From: Candidatus Aenigmatarchaeota archaeon
Lineage (GTDB): Archaea; Aenigmatarchaeota; Aenigmatarchaeia; CG10238-14; SCSR01
DNA length: 21,089 bases
NCBI GenBank assembly: GCA_039000165.1
Contig: JAWBTW010000003.1
Location: 1-21,089, forward strand
Direction of reading: 5' to 3'
Part shown: one piece after another, positions 9,055-16,567 of the stretch
How the letters are laid out: every line of letters starts with the position of its first letter
Position numbering within the stretch: the stretch's first letter is position 1
The notes under the pieces: generated by a model
Told to the model about the DNA's origin: nothing
What the model saw: the letters and a program-made list of their open reading frames with translations, nothing else
Database searches by the model: none
Program-made: the position numbers and the translations under genes

Positions 9055-9071
9055 TAAAATATATTTTTATT
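9055..9071. promoter_or_regulatory. Bidirectional AT promoter core with 12-bp palindrome
   Basis: AAAATATATTTT (9056-9067) is self-complementary and lies in the 55-bp gap between the divergent phosphoesterase and herA starts. Confidence 0.5.
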
Positions 9072-9093
9072 TTAGTAACCATAAAACTAAACT

Positions 9094-10596
9094 ATGCAAG
9101 AAATTGGAACCATTATTTCTGCACCGGAAGCAAGTAGTACAGAATTTTCGTTTGTGTTAAACCGAGAAAAAGGAGTTCCTGTGAGAAAAGGACAATTTGT
9201 TCAAGTAGAAACAGAAGAAGGCTTGCTATTAGCAAGAGTCTCGGAAATATACAAAACCAACCGTTACTTTACAAGAGCAGAATCCGTAAGAGAATACGAA
9301 AGAAGTGGAAAACTTCTACCTGATTTCTTTCCTGTTGAAAGATGGGAATACTTAGTTGCAGACGCTACTCCGCTAGGAATCTTTGCTCAAGGAGTACAAA
9401 AAAGAGTAACCTTCCCTCCATCTCCTGGACTTAAAGTTTTTCTTGCAGACGAGAAAATTTTATCTGAATTTTTAGGTCTGGATGAAAATGGTTTAAACAT
9501 AGGAAAAATAGAATTTCATGATTTAGATGCAAAACTTAACCTAACAAGACTTTTCCAGAAGCATTGTTGTGTACTTGCCCAAACTGGTGCTGGCAAATCT
9601 TATTTGGTATCAACTTTAATAGAAGAAATTTTAGATAGGGATGAAAAACTTGGTAAACCTGCGGTTATAGTTGTAGATCCTCATGGAGAATACTTAGGCT
9701 TTGGTGAAGACGAAAGATACCTTACTAAAACAAAAATTTTTGATGAGAAGACACTAAAAATAGCAGCTCATGAACTTTCTGCAAACCAAATTTGTGAGTT
9801 ACAACCTTTCATTTCTCCTGCTGAAAAAAGAGAACTAGCAAGGATTATAGGAAAATTGAAGGAAGAAAAGTTAGCTTATAGTATGGACGATCTTATTACT
9901 GCAATAGAGATAAGTGATGTAAAACCAAACATAAAAAGTCCTCTAATTTCTTGGCTTAACGATCTAAACTCGACTGGACTTTTCAGCAACGTTACCAAAC
10001 CTTCGGTAGAAGAATTGGCAAAAGCTGGACAGTTAAGTGTTATTGATTTGTCTAATTTTGTCCATCTAAGGGATAAACAAATAATAGTAACTTTCATAGC
10101 TAGAAGGCTGTTCGAAGCAAGAAGGTCAAACAAAATTCCACCTTTCATTCTTTTTGTAGAAGAAAGCCATCAATTTGCTCCTGAAAGAGAAGAAAAATTC
10201 CAAGCAATTTCAAAGAACATTATAGAAACTATAGCAAGAGAAGGAAGAAAGTTTAACGCTTCTCTAGTTTTGATTTCTCAAAGACCTATACAACTAAGCG
10301 TTACTGCATTAAGCCAATGTAACACTTCAATTCTTTTGAGAATCGTTAATCCTTACGACATAAAACATATTTCTGAATCTTGTGAAGCTATAAGCTCTGA
10401 CATAATGGAGATGCTTCCTGGTTTGAAGGTTGGGGAAGCTATAATTACTGGAGCTGCCATAAATTATCCGATAATAGTTAGAGTAAGAAAGAGAAGAAGC
10501 AAGGAATCGCCAAAAATTGGGATGAAACTTGAAGAGGCAATCCTAAAGTATAAGGAGGAAGAAAAAGAAAAAATCGAAGATTTGAAAACATTTTAA
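9094..10596 (+). CDS. herA: HerA-family bipolar DNA helicase/translocase ATPase
   Basis: N-terminal HAS-barrel-like region (VRKGQFVQVE...LARVSEI), Walker A LAQTGAGKS, DPHGEY, Walker B FVEESH, arginine finger IAREGRKF, SQRP. Adjacent to rad50/mre11. Confidence 0.92.
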   Translation: MQEIGTIISAPEASSTEFSFVLNREKGVPVRKGQFVQVETEEGLLLARVSEIYKTNRYFTRAESVREYERSGKLLPDFFPVERWEYLVADATPLGIFAQGVQKRVTFPPSPGLKVFLADEKILSEFLGLDENGLNIGKIEFHDLDAKLNLTRLFQKHCCVLAQTGAGKSYLVSTLIEEILDRDEKLGKPAVIVVDPHGEYLGFGEDERYLTKTKIFDEKTLKIAAHELSANQICELQPFISPAEKRELARIIGKLKEEKLAYSMDDLITAIEISDVKPNIKSPLISWLNDLNSTGLFSNVTKPSVEELAKAGQLSVIDLSNFVHLRDKQIIVTFIARRLFEARRSNKIPPFILFVEESHQFAPEREEKFQAISKNIIETIAREGRKFNASLVLISQRPIQLSVTALSQCNTSILLRIVNPYDIKHISESCEAISSDIMEMLPGLKVGEAIITGAAINYPIIVRVRKRRSKESPKIGMKLEEAILKYKEEEKEKIEDLKTF

Positions 10597-12953
10597 GTTA
10601 TTGCTATAACTCTTGTAGGTTCATCTTTTTCTTTATCTCTTTCCAGCCTGTAAAGATATCCAGTTACAGCATCCTCTAGTCTTTCCTCATGGGAAATAAG
10701 AAAAACCTGATCTACAAGTTCACCAACCCTTGTTCTTAATGTTAAGGCTAAGTCTTCCACTGCTTTAGCGTCAAGATTATGTGTAGGTTCATCCAAAACA
10801 AGCCATCTCAACTGAGGGGCTAACACTCTAGCTAAAGCAATTCTCAAAGCTAAGCAAGCAACACTTCTCTCGCCACCTGAAGCAATTCCGTCAGCACTAA
10901 TAAACCTTCCAGCTCTGTCCTTAAGTTGTAAAACATAATCTCCTTCTTCTATGTTAAGCCTAATCTCAACATAATCTCTGTAAGGATAAAGCGTAGACCA
11001 AAGCTTATTCATCTCATAGTTAACTGCTTCAACAAATTCTCTTCTCATTTCTTCTTGTGTTAACTTCAAAGCTAACTCAAAAATTCTCAAATCATTTATA
11101 ACTTTATCAAGCTTTTTTATTTCTTCCGTTTCCTTAATTGCCATACTTAACTCGTTTTCGTATTCTTTCAATCTTTCTTCTTTTTCTTTTTTCAACTTTT
11201 CCATGCCAGAGATTTTTTCCTCTATTTCCTTTTCCTTCACAGAAATTTCTCTTAGCTCCTTTTCTTTTTCTTCCAAATTTCTTCCTCCTATCTTTTTTTC
11301 TAGTTCGGAGATTTTGGCTTTCAGATTTTTAGCTTCTTTTACTAGTTCGTTAAGCCTTTCCTTTCTCTTTTCATAATCTTTGAACTTATAATCCAAAATC
11401 TCAACTTCTTGCAGTTTTTCTCTTGTTTCTTTTTGAGATTTTTCTATTTCCTCAACTTCTGCTTTAAGATTGATAAAAAGCCTCTCGTTTTCTTCAACTT
11501 CCTCGGTTAATTTTTCTAGATTTTGTAAAATATTCTCATGTTCTTTTTCTTTTTCTTCCAAATCTTTTATTTCCTCGAGTATTTTTTCTATTTTTCTTTT
11601 CGTTTCTTCCATCTCTTTTAACTCCTTTTCACTTTCAGTTTTACTTTTGATAGTCTCTTCCAACTTTTTCATTAGCTCTTCAATTTTTTCTTCCCTTTCT
11701 TTTTTCAAAGCTTCCTTTTTTTCCTTACTAAGAATAGAATCACAAACTGGACATCTTCCTTCAACAGAAGAAAGCTTTTCTACGGCCTCTTTCAAATCTT
11801 TTATCTTGCTTTCAAACTCTTTTGCTTCTACCAAAAACTTCTCGTACGAAATTTTTTTATCTTCAATTTTTTTCTCTAAATCCTCAAGCGAACCTAATTT
11901 TTCTGCTTCAGCCTTATTTTTAAGTTTATTCTCGATTTCTATCCTAAGCTTCTCACTTTCTTTCTTCAGAAAGTTGATTTTTATCCTAGCTTCAGAAATA
12001 GAGTTCCACAGCTTTTCATAATAACCTCTTTTTTCTTTCAACTTCTCTTCGAATTCCTTAAGCTTTAATTTAAGCTTTTCAACCTCTTTTTCTACTTCTT
12101 CCTTGTTTTTTCCTTTTAAAGCTTCCTCCAAACTTTTTAAGCTTTTGATTGTTTCTTCTATTACGCTACTTACCCCCTTTTCCTCTCTTCTCAAGGATTC
12201 TAAACTTTTATTGAATTCCCTCAACTCGCTAACCTCTTTCTCTAAGATTTTTTTCTGGATTAAAACTTCCTCCAAAACCTTTTTCAACTCATCACTTTCT
12301 GAAGAAATTTGATTTAAAGAAGATTTGATTTCAGAAATGCTTCTCTTTAAACTTTCTAAGTCTATTTGGTCTACTATTTTTTGTTTTTCGCTTTTTCTAT
12401 CAAAAAGTCTGTTAGTTAAAGTTTTTGTATTAGCTCTTGCTTCCTCAAACTTGTCTATCATCAAAAGCTCGTCTATCTTTTTCATTCTTTGTCCTTTCGG
12501 AATTGTTAAGAAGTAGTCTAAAGCATTTTGCTCAGAATAAATAGCTCTTGTGAAAAGATTGTAATCTACTTTTAAAATCTTCTCTATACTCTCTGTTACT
12601 CTTCGAGAATCAGGGGCCTCCAATAACCTCCCTTCTTCCCTTAACTCAGAATAAGTTGTACCCTTCCCTTTTTCTATAATTCTTTTTACAGAGTAAGTCT
12701 TTCCTTCAACTTCAAAGAAAACTTCTACTTCGGCTTTGTTTTTTTCTATCGGTTTGTTCATTATTATTTCGTCTAACCTAACTTTTTTGCTTTGTAAATC
12801 AGGAAAATTACCAAAAAGAGCAAAACATATAGCGTTTAAAACAGAAGTTTTCCCGCTTCCCATTCCTCCAAACAAAGCATTAGTTCCTTTGGAAAACCTG
12901 AACTCTGATTCTAGGTGGGAACGCCAATTTTTAAGTCTTACTTTTGTTATCAT
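10593..12953 (-). CDS. rad50: DNA double-strand break repair ATPase Rad50 (SbcC-like)
   Basis: Walker A GGMGSGKTS, Q-loop YSEQ, long coiled coil with central CPVC zinc hook (11742-11753), signature SGGE, Walker B/D-loop LVLDEPTHNLD, H-loop ISH. Confidence 0.95.
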   Translation of the reverse strand: MITKVRLKNWRSHLESEFRFSKGTNALFGGMGSGKTSVLNAICFALFGNFPDLQSKKVRLDEIIMNKPIEKNKAEVEVFFEVEGKTYSVKRIIEKGKGTTYSELREEGRLLEAPDSRRVTESIEKILKVDYNLFTRAIYSEQNALDYFLTIPKGQRMKKIDELLMIDKFEEARANTKTLTNRLFDRKSEKQKIVDQIDLESLKRSISEIKSSLNQISSESDELKKVLEEVLIQKKILEKEVSELREFNKSLESLRREEKGVSSVIEETIKSLKSLEEALKGKNKEEVEKEVEKLKLKLKEFEEKLKEKRGYYEKLWNSISEARIKINFLKKESEKLRIEIENKLKNKAEAEKLGSLEDLEKKIEDKKISYEKFLVEAKEFESKIKDLKEAVEKLSSVEGRCPVCDSILSKEKKEALKKEREEKIEELMKKLEETIKSKTESEKELKEMEETKRKIEKILEEIKDLEEKEKEHENILQNLEKLTEEVEENERLFINLKAEVEEIEKSQKETREKLQEVEILDYKFKDYEKRKERLNELVKEAKNLKAKISELEKKIGGRNLEEKEKELREISVKEKEIEEKISGMEKLKKEKEERLKEYENELSMAIKETEEIKKLDKVINDLRIFELALKLTQEEMRREFVEAVNYEMNKLWSTLYPYRDYVEIRLNIEEGDYVLQLKDRAGRFISADGIASGGERSVACLALRIALARVLAPQLRWLVLDEPTHNLDAKAVEDLALTLRTRVGELVDQVFLISHEERLEDAVTGYLYRLERDKEKDEPTRVIAIT

Positions 12954-14224
12954 TTAGCCCACTTTTCCAAACCTTTTTGTATTTCAAAGGATTTTTTCAA
13001 TTCTTTTTCAAGAGTCAATTGTTCGCCAATCAAAATGTTAAAAGCCTTTTCAACCTCACCTTCACTCAAAATTCCAAAAATTTTTTCAAAATCAAAACTA
13101 AAGTTAAAGCCAAGCTCCTCCAAACTTTTTTTCAAAATGTTTAAGCCTATCTCCTCCAAGGAAAGTCTTTCCTCCCTCAGGTCTCTCAAAAACTCTATTT
13201 TTCTTTCCACTTCTTGAGACTCTAACTCTTTGGAAAAGATTATTATTGCCTTATCTGAAAACTTCTTCTCTATCTCTCTCAACTCTTGATCAGAAATTTC
13301 AGTTTCTTTTCCTACAATCTTTAGCTTAATCAAAGGTTTTTTCAAAAATCTTTGTTCTAAGATTTTTTTAAGTGTGTTTTCTATTTTTTCTCTAGCAGAA
13401 CCTTCTACCTTAACTTCTTCGTAGAAAAATTTCCTTGCTCTTTCAAGTTTTACAAAATTTATTTTAACCTCTTTATCGATTTCAACTTTAAAAAATCCCT
13501 TTTCTTCTAAGGCTTCATTCTTTTCATATTGAGTAACTATCGTGCTTCCTGGAAAAAGAAGTGTGCAACCGTTAACTTTTTCTTGAGTAGAAAAATGAAC
13601 ATGTCCATCTACTATCATTTCAAAACCTTTGGGTAAGTTTGACAAGCTCAGACTTGGAGGTTCAAGAGGAGAATAAACATAAGGACTTATGCTTTGATGT
13701 AAAAGTAAAATGTTAAAGCAATCTTCTAAAGGTTTTGGATTCCATAAATTTAAAACTTCTCTTGCAAAACTTTCTGGTACTCCTGACATACCATGGATAG
13801 CTACTTTTTTTCCATCTTTTTCAAAGATTATTGTATCCTTATGGAGATGTATCAAAATTCCTGCGTTTTCTAGAGCTTCAACGGCGTTTATCTCGTCTTT
13901 TCCTCTTCTCTCATGAGTGCCATGGATAGCTATAATTGGTAAATGCGATAAAGTTCTTTTTGAGATTTCTTTTAATTCTTTCGAACAAGAAACAAGCTTT
14001 AAACCTGAAGATTCTTTAAGTAGTGGTTTTGTTAAAATTCTCATAGCTTTTGCCCAGACGCTAGTCTTTGGGATCCTTGTGTCAAAAATATCGCCTGCTA
14101 TTACTATCAAATCACAATCAAGAGCTTTTTCAATAGCTTCTTCTGCATTTTCAAAACTATCGTTCTCTAATTCTGAGTTGGAAGCAAAACCAAAGTGAAA
14201 ATCTGAAAGTATTGCTATTTTCAT
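12950..14224 (-). CDS. mre11: DNA repair nuclease Mre11 (SbcD-like)
   Basis: SDFHFG, GDIFD, HGTHE, LHQ, GHVH, PGS, then EKGF motifs. It overlaps rad50 by 4 nt (ATGA). Confidence 0.93.
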   Translation of the reverse strand: MKIAILSDFHFGFASNSELENDSFENAEEAIEKALDCDLIVIAGDIFDTRIPKTSVWAKAMRILTKPLLKESSGLKLVSCSKELKEISKRTLSHLPIIAIHGTHERRGKDEINAVEALENAGILIHLHKDTIIFEKDGKKVAIHGMSGVPESFAREVLNLWNPKPLEDCFNILLLHQSISPYVYSPLEPPSLSLSNLPKGFEMIVDGHVHFSTQEKVNGCTLLFPGSTIVTQYEKNEALEEKGFFKVEIDKEVKINFVKLERARKFFYEEVKVEGSAREKIENTLKKILEQRFLKKPLIKLKIVGKETEISDQELREIEKKFSDKAIIIFSKELESQEVERKIEFLRDLREERLSLEEIGLNILKKSLEELGFNFSFDFEKIFGILSEGEVEKAFNILIGEQLTLEKELKKSFEIQKGLEKWAK

Positions 14225-14253
14225 GTTTATCTATTTAACTAATCTTTGCTAAC

Positions 14254-14270
14254 TTATAAAAGTTTTTAAG
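14254..14270 (-). promoter_or_regulatory. BRE + TATA for mre11-rad50
   Basis: The minus strand reads CTTAAAAAC-TTTTATAA, with the TATA ending about 29 nt before the mre11 ATG at 14224. The same bases read AAAAG-TTTTTAAG on +. Confidence 0.6.
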
Positions 14271-14350
14271 TATTGCAATTAAATATTTAAAAGTGAAAAA
14301 ATGGGCAATTCACTTCCAAACTAGTAAACTAATTCTTTTTCTAGATAAAA

Positions 14351-14355
14351 GGTGA
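14351..14355 (+). promoter_or_regulatory. Shine-Dalgarno site of proS
   Basis: GGTGA ending 4 nt before the ATG at 14360. Confidence 0.7.
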
Positions 14356-14359
14356 GAGA

Positions 14360-15805
14360 ATGGCTGAACAGGAAGGCGTAACAGTTAAAAAAAGCGAGAA
14401 TTTTTCTGAGTGGTATACCCAAGTTATTCTTAAATCAAGGCTAGCCGATTATGGGCCTGTTCAAGGAACGATTGTTTTCAGGGAATACTCTTATGAAATA
14501 TGGGAAAAAATTCAGTCTATTTTTAATGAAATGATAAAAAATACCGGACATAAAAATGTCTATTTTCCTTTGCTTATTCCTGAAAGTTTCCTTAAAAAAG
14601 AGGCAGAACACTTTAAAGGTTTTGTTCCAGAGGTTTTTTGGGTAACCCATGCAGGTGATGATAAGCTAGGTGAAAGGTTAGCTATTAGACCAACTTCAGA
14701 GACTATAATTTATTATTTCTTTTCAAAGTGGATAAGAAGTTGGCGTGATTTACCAGTATTGCTTAACCAATGGTGCAACGTCTTAAGAGCAGAGATAAAA
14801 TCCACAAAACCTTTTATCAGAACTTCTGAATTCTTATGGCAAGAAGGCCATACAGCCCATGCAACAAAAGAAGAAGCAGATAAGGAAGTTATGCTAATCT
14901 TAAATTTTTACAAAAATTTAATAGAAAATTATTTAGCGATTCCTGTATTGGTTGGCAAAAAAACAGAGAGAGAAAAGTTTGCTGGAGCTCTGTATACAAC
15001 AACACTCGAAGCAATAATGCCTGATGGCAAAGCTTTGCAGATGGGAACTTCCCATAACTTAGGGCAAAATTTTTCCAAACCTTTTGAAATAAAGTTCATA
15101 GATAAGGATAATAAGGAAAAGTATGTTTGGACAACTTCCTGGGGAATAGCTACCCGTTTGATTGGAGCAATTGTCATGGTTCATGGTGATGACAAAGGTT
15201 TAATTATTCCTCCAAAAGTTGCTCCTTATAAAGTAGTTATAATTCCCATTTACTATAAAGAAAGTGAAAAAAAGAAAATTATTCAGAAATGTAAAGAAAT
15301 TCTCGAAATTTTACAAAAAAGTGGCATTAGAACTGTCCTGGACGAAAGAGAAGAATACACTCCTGGTTGGAAGTTTAACGAATGGGAGCTTAAAGGCATA
15401 CCCTTAAGAATTGAAATAGGTCCGAAAGATTTGAAGAAAAAACAAGCAGTTTTGGTTAGAAGAGATACGAACGAAAAAATTGTAGTAAAAGAGAGGGAAA
15501 TCTTGAGGAAAATCGATTATCTTCTAGAAGAAATCCAAAAAAACCTTTTCCAGAGAGCAAAAAAATTTCTTGAGGAGCACATAACAACAGTAAAAGAATA
15601 TGAAGAATTTAAGGAAATTTTGGAAAAAAAAGGTGGTTTTATAAGAGCGGGTTGGTGTGGAAGGGAAGAATGTGAAGCAAAAATAAAGGAAGAAACTAGT
15701 GCCACAATTAGGCTTGTACCTTTACAAAAGGAGAAAATTTTTTCAAATTGCGTTTATTGCGGTAAAAAAGCAAAGGAAGTAGCTTACTTCGGAAAATCTT
15801 ATTAG
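14360..15805 (+). CDS. proS: Proline--tRNA ligase, archaeal/eukaryote type
   Basis: FSEWY, YFPLLIP, IRPTSET, motif 2 PFIRTSEFLWQEGHT, QMGTSHNLGQNF, motif 3 SWGIATRLIG, C-terminal Zn-binding Cys residues and terminal FGKSY. Confidence 0.98.
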   Translation: MAEQEGVTVKKSENFSEWYTQVILKSRLADYGPVQGTIVFREYSYEIWEKIQSIFNEMIKNTGHKNVYFPLLIPESFLKKEAEHFKGFVPEVFWVTHAGDDKLGERLAIRPTSETIIYYFFSKWIRSWRDLPVLLNQWCNVLRAEIKSTKPFIRTSEFLWQEGHTAHATKEEADKEVMLILNFYKNLIENYLAIPVLVGKKTEREKFAGALYTTTLEAIMPDGKALQMGTSHNLGQNFSKPFEIKFIDKDNKEKYVWTTSWGIATRLIGAIVMVHGDDKGLIIPPKVAPYKVVIIPIYYKESEKKKIIQKCKEILEILQKSGIRTVLDEREEYTPGWKFNEWELKGIPLRIEIGPKDLKKKQAVLVRRDTNEKIVVKEREILRKIDYLLEEIQKNLFQRAKKFLEEHITTVKEYEEFKEILEKKGGFIRAGWCGREECEAKIKEETSATIRLVPLQKEKIFSNCVYCGKKAKEVAYFGKSY

Positions 15806-15822
15806 TTTAAACATAGCTCTAG

Positions 15823-15838
15823 TTTACTTTTATTCTTT
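15823..15838 (+). terminator. Putative U-rich archaeal terminator after proS
   Basis: TTTACTTTTATTCTTT about 18 nt after the stop codon. Confidence 0.4.
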
Positions 15839-15865
15839 GCTTATACTCTAAAAAAGTTGGTAGGA

Positions 15866-15882
15866 CGAAAGATATTTAAATT
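15866..15882 (+). promoter_or_regulatory. BRE + TATA upstream of psmB
   Basis: CGAAAGATA-TTTAAATT about 30-40 nt upstream of the candidate psmB starts. Confidence 0.55.
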
Positions 15883-15909
15883 AAATCATATAATTATTTT
15901 TAGCTATTC

Positions 15910-16557
15910 TTGGTGAATTACTTGGAACCGAAAATAAGAAAAACAGGAACAACAACTGTAGGTTTAATTTGTAAGGAAGGAGTAGTGCTAGCTGCCGAGA
16001 AAAAGTCTACTATGGGCTATTTAGTAGCTAGCAAGGAAAGTGTAAAAATTTTGCCTATAGAGGACAACATAGCAATAACAATAGCAGGAGCTTCAGGAGA
16101 TGCCCAAGCTTTGGTAAGATACATGAAAGCTGAATGTAGACTTTTTGAAATCCAAAACAATAGAAAGATCTCTGTTCAAGCTGCTGCAACACTTTTAGCA
16201 AATATTTTATACTCGGGAAGGTGGACATTTCTTCCTTACATGGTTCAACTGATAATTGCAGGTTATGATGATTCTGGTCCTTCCATTTATACTCTTGATG
16301 CAATTGGCTCTGTGGAAGAAGAAAAAAGGTTTTTTTCAACAGGTTCTGGTTCTCCAATAGCCTTAGGTGTTTTAGAAGATAAGTATAAGGATGGGATTTC
16401 TCTCAATGAAGGAGTAAAGCTTGCTGTCCAGGCAATTAAAGCTGCCATAGAGCGTGATATAGCATCTGGTGGAAAAAGTATTGATGTTGCTGTGATAACA
16501 AAAGATGGTTTTAGATTACTTGAAAAAGAAGAAATCGAGAAAATAATGAAACAATAA
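15910..16557 (+). CDS. psmB: Proteasome subunit beta
   Basis: Short propeptide ending KTG followed by TTTVG (catalytic Thr1 codon at 15949), TGSGS, and RDIASG. The true start may be TTG at 15922, since GGTGA lies at 15912-15916. Confidence 0.97.
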   Translation: MVNYLEPKIRKTGTTTVGLICKEGVVLAAEKKSTMGYLVASKESVKILPIEDNIAITIAGASGDAQALVRYMKAECRLFEIQNNRKISVQAAATLLANILYSGRWTFLPYMVQLIIAGYDDSGPSIYTLDAIGSVEEEKRFFSTGSGSPIALGVLEDKYKDGISLNEGVKLAVQAIKAAIERDIASGGKSIDVAVITKDGFRLLEKEEIEKIMKQ

Positions 16558-16567
16558 AATTCTGAAA

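Noticed and set aside
11138..13217. Several + strand ORFs (up to 183 aa) opposite rad50/mre11
   Set aside because: Ser/Phe/Leu-rich antisense shadows of GAA/AAA-rich codons, with no independent coding signal.
5144..13921. ACT (Thr) replaces a conserved Asn in both aIF5B and Mre11, hinting at recoding
   Set aside because: ACT encodes conserved Thr elsewhere (DTPGH in infB, the herA Walker A) and the phosphoesterase keeps GNHD with a normal Asn codon, so these are ordinary substitutions.
8280..14224. Reading HerA + nuclease + SMC-like ATPase as an anti-phage defence island
   Set aside because: Rad50 has a canonical zinc hook with a coupled Mre11, the flanks are core genes, and there are no mobility markers. 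DNA repair is the simpler explanation.
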